From Bugula neritina (Eukaryota; Animalia; Bryozoa), in NCBI GenBank assembly GCA_964035545.1, contig OZ037765.1, positions 124,001-188,000 on the forward strand: a DNA stretch of 64,000 nucleotides, read 5' to 3'. Under the pieces are notes generated by a model, which saw only the letters and a list, made by a program, of their open reading frames with translations, was not told the origin of the DNA and did not search any database. Shown piece after piece: positions 29,419 through 41,955 of this stretch (position 1 is the stretch's first letter; every line of letters starts with the position of its first letter). The position numbers and the translations under genes were made by a program.

Positions 29419-31683
29419 TTAGTAGTTTATTGTGTATCTCCTCAGTCCATCATCATAACATGCTAGAAACACCTTTTTTCCATTATACACAGCAATGTCA
29501 TACACACTGGCACTCACACCAAGACTTTCTCTTGAAAATGTCTGCATCAGTTTCCCTGTAAATAAAATAACATCAGATTGTATCAGTTTGAGACAAACAG
29601 ACAGACTACAGTGACATCACAACAGCTGACACAACTATATACAGTTTCTACTTTCTAGTATAATATAGTAACTGAAATATGTTCAATAATATACCAGCAT
29701 AGCTGCACTATGATATATATATCAAACACATTTCTCACTCAGAAAGACTTCCTTTAAACATGGAACTAAGCGGATTATGTTGAAGATAATAAAGTTCTAC
29801 CAGTCAGTATTGAATAATTCACTGAGCTGCTCTACTGTTTACTTCATAATAAATGACAACATGGAGAGAAGAAACTCAACATACAAACTAAGCGCTCAGC
29901 TAATATAATTATAAATAATTACATAATATAAGATATACTCCAACATTATCACATATTAAATACTTGACAAGAACCAACTACAGCCATCTGAGTCCCACCA
30001 GCAAACACTGCTCTACCAGCCATCATCAAATTACAAAGTCTCAGTAATGGCAGTCAAAAAGTATCAAATTATTTATCTTTAAATTATCTGATGACCAAAA
30101 CAATAGCAGCACTAGACTGAAGTCAAACTACAACTCATAACTCATGTGTAGCTGGCAGTCTGTACAGTTGTTAGACTGAGCACCTCAAAAATGACTGTAA
30201 AACACTTTCATGAAATTAGCCTCAGAGCCCAGTAATTACTGACAATATCATAATACAGCCTAACCCCTCATTCACACTTACTGTAACGTATGCCTTGGCG
30301 TAAAATGTCAGGCATTTTTATGGTGTCCGGGCTGAAGTTTTCAAAGTCCGCTATTAGGTTAGATCTATGACATTTCATTGGACGATTATATCCAATGAGT
30401 AGACGCAAAAGTTTCCCTGTTCAATAGGAGCCCGTCGCAATTTATTTGAATCAAGCAGTGCTTGATCCTACCGTATCACAACGCGTACAGAAAACTTAGA
30501 AATTTGTAAAAATGGCTGATATTTTCTGTTACGGCGTACGTTACGGTAAGTGTAAATGAAGGGTTAGAGTTAAAATTAATTATTCACTCTAATATATTAT
30601 AATTGAAACAGCTAAACTTATAATAAATGTATTATTTACCTTCAAGTGAGAGGATGAGGAGAGGTCCACTGAATGTACAGATATGAATCAGTTCAGATAT
30701 TGGATCAAAGGAAATACCAGTTGGGTGTGAGATGTGAGGGAATTCCCACATTAGAGTGAGAGTTGTGTTCTCTACTTTATATCTGCTCACTTTACCATCT
30801 TCAGTGTAGTCTCCTATGAGGAGAGTTGAGTCTGGGAGGATGCATACAAGTCGAGGGTAACTCATCCCAGGAAGTGGGAACTTCTGCATTTTATTGTCAA
30901 CTAGATTACAGACTACCAGCTGTTTCTCTCTCCTGTCTACAACATAGACTAGTGAGAGGTGCTGAGCTATTCTATAGTAAGTCTGTTCATCTACTGACTG
31001 TTTATAGAGGGAGTTGGTTTTCTTAAAGGAGTTCGGATCAAGAAGTGAGACTTCAACTGTTTTGTCTTTCTTGTTATAACAGCTGCCAACCACCACCCCT
31101 TCAGGTTGGATTATCTCCTCCCACCATGTAGTGTTGCCGTCCTTCACTGAGCTGATAGTATCCAGAGTTTGTCTATTTATTATTTCTACACCTTCTAGTG
31201 TCCCACACACAAGATGTCCATCAGCTGTTATGTTTACTCTCTCACACCAGCTACGTACAGAAAGTCCATCATACTGTAGAGATCTATATTCTATTGGATC
31301 ACCAAACTGGGCTACAGGTAGAGTTGTGGGATCCGTGATGTCATAGAATTCCTTTCTAAAATATAGTATTAGTCAGTGTGCTACATCTAATGAGATGATT
31401 AGTAATATTCAACTTTCATCAAAATTACATAAATACAACTTCAAAATAAATACAATCACTATGAAAGTTGAAAAATAACACTATTTGTTACTATAACTCA
31501 CCCACAATATGCACATTTGATATAAGTTTTCCTGTAGCCGATATCCTTCTTTAAACACCTCATACAGTAGACATGCAGACAGGGGAGGGTCCTGGGATCT
31601 TCTAATTTGTTAAACTGCTGGTTGCAGTATCCACATCTGTATGAGTCATTCACTTTTCTCTTTACAACTCCAGAGTCAGCCAT
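29419..31683 (-). CDS. RING + beta-propeller protein, copy 2 (B-boxes and coiled coil deleted in frame)
   Basis: Exons 31502-31683 (RING), 30640-31355 (5' part of copy-1 exon 2 fused to the propeller exon at GAGA 31279-31282; frame stays open), 29419-29555 (intact last blade ...VYDIAVYNGKKVFLACYDDGLRRYTINY*). Confidence 0.8.
30263..30564. mobile_element. MITE in the last intron of TRIM-like copy 2
   Basis: ~33-bp TIR ACCCCTCATTCACACTTACTGTAACGTATGCC / GGCGTACGTTACGGTAAGTGTAAATGAAGGGT, flanked by TA; absent from the paralogous copy-1 intron. Confidence 0.75.
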
Positions 31684-33892
31684 TGTGAGTTGAATGATTC
31701 TAGAAAAACCATTTGATAGGTGAGAACTAAGGTTAAGCTGGCCAGTCTTACAATTACATGAAATCTGAAACCAGAACCTATTGAGAAACGAATCGTCATT
31801 ATCTTTGTTTTGCATTTCAGTTAAATTACTTGAAAAATTGTAAAATCAATCAAATTGTTTGCAGAATATCATGTGTCAACAAAGTTCAATAAATAAACTA
31901 CTAACCTGATACTTTTACTTTCAGCTCTGACGCGTCCACTAGCTGGAGAAGAACTGTGAAGGGATGAGGCTGCAGACGATGAAGTATGCATTTATTGTGT
32001 CACGTGGTGTTTACTAATCATTAATTTGTTGAATTATAACATCAGTTGACCAATCACAATAGTATCACATGCGTAGTAACTTGTGAGCTCTCTAATCACT
32101 GCCTCCATCTAACCCAGTGCTTAATTATTAATTGTTTTGCTATAGAAATATCCAGAAGACTTATTGTTTTACTTCTGTTACATGAAACTATTGGTGGTTG
32201 TTATGTTCAAGTCACGTGTTGAGTTTTAAACTAGAAAACTCAATAACTCCATTTGTACGATTTTGAGTTGTTTCATAAAATAAAGTGTGTCTCATCGCGC
32301 TGCATGTTAATGTTTCAACATGCTACAAACACTCCAGGGGTAGACCCAGGGAGAACTCAGGAGGGTGACATGACCTGAGAGTTTAAGCTGCACATATCTA
32401 TCTATTGAATCTGTACTGAACTGAACACCAGATGTGAACAGCTGACTAGGACTTTGAGTGCTATAAAGTATACAGAGTAACACTTAATGAGTGATCATAA
32501 ACTATTTAAGTTACTACTCTAAAGTATGTCAAACTGCATTATCATTATTATATTTATGTCAATAAAAACCTTAAAACTTTTAAAGTCATGGTACTGAGAA
32601 ATCATTTATCTAAATAGTATAATATAAATAATATAATATAATATAAAATAAACAATATAATTCTCAGGTGTTAGAAACCATCAAAAGCTTGGAACTCAAA
32701 ATATTTTAAGTGGCCACCTCAAATGATAGTATAATCTTTATACTATTTATATGTTAATAAATTTCATTTATATCCTTATGGTACTTATACTGTTATAATG
32801 TACAGGTGCTAGAGTATTTATCTAATAACTAAACAGGTCGACTCTGGAATATGCAATACCACGTTATACCCTGGAATATGTGGAAATCTCTGTAGTATTT
32901 ATAGTAAACATTGCGTAGTGACAAGGAGTCACGTGGTACTAGTATTTTAATAACAACACACTAAACACGTGACTAGGAGATGTTATTCAGCTAATAAAAG
33001 CATGAGGGTCATGCCTCAAGTTATTAAAGTGGAGGACAACTCCTTGGGTACTTCAACATCCATGGTTAGCTCAGTGGTTGGCAAAGCAATGAACTCAGTC
33101 ACACCAAAACAGTGCTGCTTCTAGCGATATCCCCCTCTTATCCTAGAAAGTGCAGTGGCATCAAGAACACATGTTTAGGTAGCCAGAAGTTGAGTTTAGT
33201 CTCTCCCTGATTAAGACATAGTAAATAGTATGTAGCTAGTCACCAAGGAGGTGAGCGGTAATAATATTGTTTGAACCTTTTACTGCCATGCATTTATTAT
33301 AAAGTTGTGTAGCTCATCAGTTATCATTTTGCGTACAATACAATTATTGCTCTGTTATTAGTTCCTATTGAACTAGTTCCCATGGTAGTCGGTGGTTAAA
33401 GTAAAACTTCATTTAATTCACATGGGAGTTAACTTACAATTCCTACGTCACAGAAAACTCGCAGAGTATACAGAGAAGCAGTTTTACAAGTTTATATAAT
33501 ATTTATGAATATAGCACCTTACAGAGAGTACAATATAGCATGTCATCTGAGAAACACAGTACAAAGCAGTGTGAAGGTATCAACTTCGGTAGTCCAGCAC
33601 TTTCTACTCAGTCAACAAAATTTATAAATAATTAAAAAGATAAAAAATGGAAGCAGCTGCAATGTTGATAACATGAAATATAAATACAAGACAGTTGATA
33701 GTTTGAGGGATGTACAGTGAAGGACTAACGTATATTATGTCATAATAAACTCAATATTGACTGACCACAAGATAACTCTTAGAGCAGCTCAGCTATTGAC
33801 ATGAAATGTCCACCAATCATGGCACAGCTACTATAATAAATAATAGACTACAGCCAATAGCACGGACTGTTACATGAACTCTATCTGAGAGG

Positions 33893-36800
33893 TCAATGTA
33901 GAGTGGCAGAAGACATGAACTCTATCTGAGAGGTCAATGTCTTGATTTCCTGTTGGATACTCTCAGAGTCGGTATTCCTGTCGCTAGAATCTCCGTCGGG
34001 TTCCGGAGGTTCAGCAGGAAGTGGCTTGTACTTCCTGCGGGAACCCTTGTACTGTTTGGGGGGTAGAGGTGGGGGCCCGGCATCTCCACCCTCTCCCACA
34101 GTCTCTCCAGCCTCCGAGGGACAGGCGGATCTGGGTCTAGGGGGCGGGGCTGGAGGTGAGACTACGCTGTGTGAGGAGGTAACGCTGTTGCTAGCTACTA
34201 GCTCCTCCTCACTGATGACGCAGTCCCTCACACTGGGCGCTGCCGCACTGAACACGTCCTCCATGGAGCCGACTATCAGACTCTGGTGTTTGGAGAGGAT
34301 GTGGTCGGCATCGTATGCGAAGGGGTCATTGACTACTCCGCTGTCAGTCAGTGTAGAGGTAGTTGGAGTAGCAGCAGAGTCGGGAGAGAGGTCAGTGTGG
34401 ACCTCCGCATGCACCACGGTGCTGTGGGAGCCGTGGGCTGAGTGTGCAGTCATATTGTGCCAAGGGTGGATAGCAGTGGATATGGAGGGGGTTGTGCTGG
34501 ACTTTGAGATAGGAGGTAGAGTGAGGTCACGCTTCGGTCTCAGAGTGACTTTCATATCCCTGAGAGCTTCTGAAGATACACTGCGTTGATATTTCACATC
34601 CTTCCCTGTATACAGTATAATCATACGGTATAACAGTACTATCATACGGTATAACAGTATTATCATACGGTGAAACAGTATTATCATACGGTATAACAGT
34701 ATTATCATACGGTGTAACAGTATTGTCATACGGTATAACAGTATTATCATACAGTATAACAGTATTATCATACGGTCTAACAGTATTGTCATACGGTATA
34801 ACAGTATTATCATACGGTGTAACAGTATCATCATACGGTATAACAGTATTATCATACGGTATAACAGTATTATCATACAGTGAAATACTCACCACTATAC
34901 TTAACAAATCCTCTCCCATACGCCGAGTCGAGACTTTCACTGCTGGGTCGTCTATCAAGGTCAAGGTGACGTCTCGTAGACTTAGGACTTCCGTTGTTAG
35001 CCGGGAACTCTGTCTCTATACTAACAGCCTGTGCCACAGTAGCTGAGTGCGGGGTGGGAAGGATAGAGCCCGTCTTTTCCAGCTGATCAGCTGACTGGAC
35101 CTCAGTCCACGGGGAATCTGCAGCTTTTTCTGCGGGTGCAGATGACACCTGAAGGGTATAACTGTATATAGAGAAGGAATAGTAAACAGTAGAGTGTTGG
35201 TGTGTCAGCCAATGAGAGAGAGAGACACAGTAGAGTGTTGGTCTGTCAGCCAATGAGAGAGAGACAAACAGTAGAGTGTTGGTCTGTCAGCCAATGAGAG
35301 AGAGAGACACACAGTAGAGTGTTGGAGTGTCAGCCAATGAGAGAGACACAGTAGAGTGTTGGTGTGTCAGCCAATGAGAGAGACAAACAGTAGAGTGTTG
35401 GAGTGTCAGCCAATGAGAGAGAGACACAGTATAGAGCTGGTCTGTCAGCCAATGAGAGAGAGACACACAGTAGAGTGTTGGTGTGTCAGCCAATGAGAGA
35501 GACACAGTAGAGTGTTGGTGTGTCAGCCAATGAGAGAGAGACACACAGTACCTGATGAGGCTCCAGGGATGAGATGCTACTCTGCTTCCAGTAAAGGTGC
35601 TGAGCGGGCATACTCCGCACACTATCAGCTGACGGTGATGCCGCGTGGGGGCGTGTCTTAGCCCCTTTGTACGACCAGCCGAGCCTGGACTCAGAGGACG
35701 CCTGACGGGCTTGTCTGACTGCTGCCTCGTGGAACTCAGTATTCTCCCTCTCCAAGTCAGAGAGTCTGTCTTGCAGCTGTAAGCACTGTTCCTGGAGGGC
35801 CTGCGTAGAGAATATACTATATTATAGTGTATAGTGAGTATATGTGACCTCCCACCACAAAACAGGGAACGTTGGTCAGTCTTTCAAAATTGAGTTATTA
35901 GTATAGAGTTAAAGAGCAGATCTTTGCAATCATTTTGCAATTTATTTGAAGTCTCTAGTGCAAATAGAACTCGAGATATTGATATTCAAAAGCCTTGGCG
36001 TTTTTAAAACAGTCAATTTATGTTTTTGAGAAATTCGCTTTTAAAGTAAGGAGGTCTGGAATAATTTATGGATTATTTGTTTACATTTGTCAAGCCTTAG
36101 CAACGGGCCTTTTTATTCTAGCAAACTGGACAAATTTGGTATCAAAACATTTGTTCAAGTATGGGCTTTCAGCTCAACCAGTTTTTACGTTTCCTAAACA
36201 AAAAATTAGGTCAAAGATGGCCGCCAAACTTGTTGTAACTTTATTTTCCCGAATAGCTATTAAATTGTGATAACAGTTGAAAATTTTGCTACTTTCAGCA
36301 CATATAAGGACCTTTAAGCACTTTTTTGCACCGACATTCATTTGAACCAACTATGCTAACTAGGTGTCGTATGAAACAAAATGGCAGCCATTTCCTGTTT
36401 TACGTTTGCTATTTCCCTCATTATTAATATCTCATGCAACATGTCCAACTGTAGCTATTGAGCCATGCCATTCGATAGTATCAATTGTTTCATGCGTAAA
36501 AATCATATGAGAGAATTATTCAACTATTATGATATTATACAAAATTTATTCAGTCATACAGTTACAATGTAGAGTGATCAAAAGTTACACAGGGAATCAG
36601 TTGAGATATTGAGTATCCATACAAGAAAATAAGGTATAAGTTATTTTTTAATCTTCAAATCAATTATTATAAACAGATAAAAGTGTAGAAATTCAGCATA
36701 AATAAAACTTAAATTAATTCATATAGCAGAAAGACTGCTTAGGTGGTTCGTATGGTCTCTGAATCTATGTCCTTGTTCTTCATAGCGTGAGTTTACAGAG

Positions 36801-39800
36801 TATAAGCACATAACCAAGAGCTTAATTGCTGCTACAAACGATATTCCAGTAGTCAAAGTTAATAGATGCTGCTACTATAAATCTACCCTGTTCATCTATA
36901 GCCACTTAGACCTGCAATTATAATATTAAACTTATTTTTAGATTATAAAAGAGAACAATAGTGCATTAGAAATTAAATCTGGCTATAAAATGTGATTGTT
37001 TTAACACCATTTAACTACTATATTACAGCAGCTAATAATTATTGAGCAATTTCTCAACATTTAAGTTTATAGCGAGTTTGAAGGCACATTTGCAAACTAG
37101 TTATTTATAAAAATTTTGAGCATAATGAAATACTAGACACCTTTTTCGAGTAAAGTTAGCAGAAGCTATAAGCTTGCAATCGGTAGCTCTCCAAATGCAG
37201 GGAGTCCGGATCACAAGTGTAAGAATGATAGGTTATATGCAGCATGCTCTTGAGCTGTATAGGTGACATACCAAACAGCACCTCATCGACAAGTTCCATC
37301 ATGTTGCCCTCACATCTTCACTTTCCTAAAATGAAAATAATGTTATATTCCTGAATAATCATGATGTAGTAATAATAATATTTTCTTTTCCTATTGCCAT
37401 CAAAAATTAAGTCATTTGAATATTTAGCATGTTTGAATCTGCAGTACTAAAGCAATGAGCTTGCATTTGAAAAATAAAACAACTAACTAATCAATATACT
37501 ATTTAACATTCAATTCAAAGTGAGTAGACAGAGCTAGCCAAGTAGCAACAAAACCTACTAAATATAGCTACTGCAACACCAATTTAAATTCAATTATTTA
37601 CATAAATATAAATAAATATAATAAATAAATCAGCATAAGTAGTTGTAGTACTCCAATTCTATTTTGAAACTGGAAAGTCTTGCATGATAAAAGTGATGTA
37701 TTCTAATAGTCATAGATAACTATAAGATTTAAACTAAGGGTAGCTGTAAGTGTTAGGCTGACAGTGACTAACAACAAGTGACTTGATTTTGACATCATTA
37801 TTATTGTTTCACTCTTGAAGATCTTAATCACTGTTATTATGAATATTATTATTATACTTGAACTTATTCAAATTGAATCACATTCGATATTTCAGTATGA
37901 GTATAGATTATGTTAAATATTCATATTCAATATAAAAGTGGCGCTCCGCTGACTGTGGACCACTTAACATGCCCAGACTTAAAATTTCTATAAATAATCA
38001 ATATGAAAATGAACATTTAATACTATGAACTTCAAGTTAATGATAATAATAATATAAATATAATATTTAATAAGATTATCACAAGAACTAACTGAAAGAA
38101 TTACTAATAGTATTAGTGTAATACTGAACCCTATTTAATAGTATTATCAATGTGAGTATGAGAATTTAATTTTGAATAAAAATAAAACACTCAATACTAA
38201 AAATTTCAAGTTAAAAATATCATCTTTTTAGCATTAGCTGTTAAAAATGAAAGTCAAGAAAGCATTTGATCTACATAGGCTAGAGTAAATCACTAAATCA
38301 AAATGAAAATGTAATACTATTATTATTTATTAATACAAATAACTTAATAAGTATATAACTCGGATTGATTATGATATTTTAATCATGATTATTAATATTA
38401 TTATTAAATTCAACAACTACAACATTAGAAGTAGAAGTATAACTTTAACTATAAGTATAAGTTAATAACTACTAGTAAATTATATAATTATTTAGTAGCG
38501 TAAATGAGCTATTTTCAGTATAATTACCTGCTTTGTAGTGATTTAATCATAAAGTCCAAAGATAAAGATCAATATTAAACTACAGCTAAGGAAATTAGTT
38601 GCTTTAAAAGCTAACTTAATCTTTGCAGCCAGCGCCAAAAATAGCTAATACTAAACTTAGTTTCAGAAGTAGGCTTCCTATAATGCGAGGAGAATGCAAG
38701 AGCTACCTTTATTAAACAAAGAATTATTTGTAGGATTCCGCGCTATGAAATGTTTTAATTTCATTTTCGTAATAGTAATGATAACTCCAAGTCAACTTGA
38801 CTACGATCCGCCATTTTAAAGAAATATTTAATGCATAGTTACCAACTTTAGATTTGATTTTGAGGTGGAAGGAATTAGCAAATGCTTGCGAAAATATGGT
38901 ATTTGAAATCCTTGAGTTTTTCTGTATAAGAAAAGTTTAAAATTTAAAAACTGGCAAAAAATTTCAATTTTTGGTTTTTCAAAATTTAACCTTCATTTAC
39001 TACACTTCATGAATGCCGCCAAGTTCCCGGTTTTGTCGTGATGGGTCACATATGGTGAGTATATAGTACATAGTACACAGTATAAGGTACATAGTATACA
39101 GAGAGTCAACTAGAGCATACGGTATATATGGAGCACCTTCTGAGTGAGCAGGGCCTGCACCACCTGCTTAGAGATCTCATCTATACACTTCTCATACCGC
39201 CTCTGGTACATCTCATTCTCCAGGACTAGACTGGAGTTTTCTTCCTCCATCTTCTTGCTTCTCTCAACTAGAATATTATACCTCATAGTCTTGTCATTAG
39301 CCACACTTTCCTGAGCTTTGTGACTGGCGTTCTCTTTGTACAGCATAATCTTGTCCTGTTCTACTTGCTTTAGCAGTGCCTGGTACCTCTACAGTATACA
39401 CTACCTCTACAGTATACACTACCTCTACAGTATACACTACCTCTACATGATGATACAGGAGTGTTGCTAGGTGATACAGGAGTGTTGCTAGGTGATACAG
39501 GAGTGTTGCTAGGTGATACAGGAGTGTTGCTAGGTGATACAGGAGTGTTGCTAGGTGATACAGGAGTGTTGCTAGGTGATACAGGAGTGTTGCTAGGTGA
39601 TACAGGAGTGTTGCTAGGTGATACAGGTGTGTTGCTAGGTGATACAGGAGTGTTGCTAGGTGGTGATACAGGAGTGTTGCTAGGTGATACAGGAGTGTTG
39701 CTAGGTGATACAGGAGTGTTGCTAGGTGATACAGGAGTGTTGCTAGGTGATACAGGAGTGTTGCTAGGTGATACAGGAGTGTTGCTAGGTGATACAGGTG

Positions 39801-41955
39801 TGTTGCTAGGTGATACAGGTGTGTTGCTAGGTGATACAGGAGTGTTGCTAGGTGATACAGGAGTGTTGCTAGGTGGAGTTACCTGGATGACGAGTGACAT
39901 CTGCTGACTCTGAGAGTAGAGGAGTCTGTACTTCTGAGAGAGACACTCATAACTGTAAATATTGTATCATAATATCTCAGTCTACACTACTAGGTACTCA
40001 GTCTACACTACTAGGTACTCAGTCTACACTACTAGGTACTCAGTCTACACTACTAGGTACTCAGTCTACACTACTAGGTACTCAGTCTACACTACAAGGT
40101 ACTCAGTCTACACTACTAGGTACTCAGTCTACACTACTAGGTACTCAGTCTACACTACTAGGTACTCAATCTGCACTACTAGGTACTCAGTCTACACTAC
40201 TAGGTACTCAGTCTACACTACTAGGTACTCAGTCTACACTACTAGGTACTCAGTCTACACTACTAGGTACTCAGTCTGCACTACTAGGTACTCAGTCTAC
40301 ACTACTAGGTACTCAGTCTACACTACTAGGTACTCAGTCTGCACTACTAGGTACTCAGTCTACACTACTAGGTACTCAGTCTACACTACTAGGTACTCAG
40401 TCTGCACTACTAGGTACTCAGTCTACACTATGAAATACTCAGTCTACACTATGAAATACTCAGTCTACACTATGAAATACTCAGTCTACACTAACCTCTC
40501 CTCCACAAGATGCTGAGTCTCTACTCTCTGTGTGAGCTCAATGACTCTCTGCTGGAGCTTAGACCTCATTGCACGCTCCTGTTCGAGCTCTTGCTGTAAA
40601 GCAAGTACGCCGCTCTGCTGCTGCCAAACACAAACCATATCTATTCACAACAAACTGCAATAGCAAGGCTCTCTAATAATACAGAAGCCAGTTAGCACAA
40701 GCAGCCCAGGTGATGGAAGTGTAAGCAAGATACCAACCTCAATACTCTGCTGGTTTCTCATATCTGCACTGTAGTATTTGTTACCATCATTATGATAGTG
40801 ATTAGAGTTAAACAAGTTGCCTTTGTGATTAGCTTGAGGAGGGACAGCTGTCTTGGATAGTTGAGTGTTAATTGCAGGCATATAGTCTGAACTAGACTGT
40901 GAATGACTGAACTGTTTGGCAGACAACTGCGGGTGAGCTGTCTGACCGCCCTCATTACAACTCACGTCATTCATGGAGGAAGAGTTGTCAATAAGACTGA
41001 TTATGTTAGCTATAGCTGTCTGTGTGTCAGCACTTACAAGCTGACTTAGGTTACTGGAGCCCGGCAGCGGTCTGGCTCTAGAGTTTATATCATTCAGATT
41101 TGCTGCCGTGGAGGTTTGTAAGAAAGAAGATACTGTATTCACTGGAGGGTTTTGATGAGCATACTGGACAGCATTTGAGTGCGGAGATTGAGTAGCTAAT
41201 ATTTGGTCACTAACACCCCGACTGGGGTACTGTGGATTGGGGTACTGTGGACTGGGGTACTGTGGAAGAACATGTGCTCGTGGTGTCTCCATACGTGAGT
41301 TACTATTATACTGCCTCTGAGTGTTTCTCATTGAAGGAGCGGCACGATGAGGTAAAGGACTAGGCTGAGAATAACTCATTGATGCTAGACTACTGTAACT
41401 ATTATGATTGTGTTCTTGGGGCTCTGGTCTTTTAATTGGTCCTGATCCTCGACTAATAACATCCTGATTGCCTGCTAGTATTGACCCTTGCATTGAGCTA
41501 AAGCCATTTGTTGTTGCTTCACTGTGAATGTAATTCCCACTAACTTGATTCAGGCTGTTTGTGTTGTTGGGTTTAGAATTGGCTACAGAACAAAAATTTT
41601 TGTTTTGAAAAAGCGAAGGTACACGACTAGGTGCTTGAGCCACATGCATATTTATATTACTATTATTGCTTAATGGAAGAGCTTGTGAAAAAGAAACGGC
41701 CTTCAAGTTAATTGACTGGTATCCGTTTTGAACTTGAAGTTCATGACTATTTTCATTCTGGATATCATTCACATTGTTGTTCGTAGTACAGTTGACGGAT
41801 TGCACTTCTAGTCTCGTATCACGATCAAACAAAGTTTCAGTTTGACTCTGACCATTATGATTATCAGAAGCATGAGCAGGTCCCAGACCAGTCTGAGTTT
41901 GAGTTACAGTGAAGCTTTGAGTCTGTTGTAGTCCATCGACGGGATTGCTGTACAT
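33893..41955 (-). CDS. NCKAP5: NCK-associated protein 5-like coiled-coil protein
   Basis: Exons 40738-41955 (N/Q/S-rich), 40496-40620, 39883-39952, 39137-39388, 35552-35800, 34893-35148, 33893-34605. MEEENSSLVLENEMYQRRYEKCIDEISKQVVQALLTQK|ALQEQCLQLQDRLSDLEREN matches the NCKAP5/NCKAP5L coiled-coil signature; proline-rich PPPLPPK near the C-terminus. Confidence 0.8.
34610..34880. repeat. 21-bp minisatellite filling the last NCKAP5-like intron
   Basis: Unit TATCATACGGTATAACAGTAT. Confidence 0.94.
35186..35550. repeat. ~36-40-bp minisatellite starting at an NCKAP5-like donor
   Basis: Unit ACAGTAGAGTGTTGGTGTGTCAGCCAATGAGAGAGAGAC. Confidence 0.93.
35840..39053. mobile_element. 3.2-kb non-autonomous TIR element in an NCKAP5-like intron
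   Basis: Ends ATATGTGACCTCCCACCACAAAACAGGGAAC and GTTCCCGGTTTTGTCGTGATGGGTCACATAT; flanks share (A/G)GTGAGT; no recognisable transposase ORF. Confidence 0.75.
39385..39875. repeat. 18-bp acceptor-containing repeat followed by a 21-bp GGTGATACAGGAGTGTTGCTA array
   Basis: The two arrays together fill the intron 39389-39882. Confidence 0.94.
39977..40492. repeat. 21-bp minisatellite CTCAGTCTACACTACTAGGTA
   Basis: Starts at the donor at 40495. Confidence 0.95.

Larger units (their letters stand above)
24630..32390 (-). repeat. Tandem duplication of the TRIM-like gene (~24630-28510 vs ~29360-32390)
   Basis: 3' UTR and last intron are near-identical; exons and upstream segments are homologous (e.g. 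AATAAACTACTAACCTGATACTTTTACTTT at ~28110 and ~31892). Confidence 0.9.

Noticed and set aside
33062-33210. tRNA or SINE-like A-box TAGCTCAGTGG
   Set aside because: No convincing B-box at the expected spacing and no cloverleaf.
35995-36270. 91-aa ORF as the transposase of the 3.2-kb element
   Set aside because: Short, with no DDE or DNA-binding motif.
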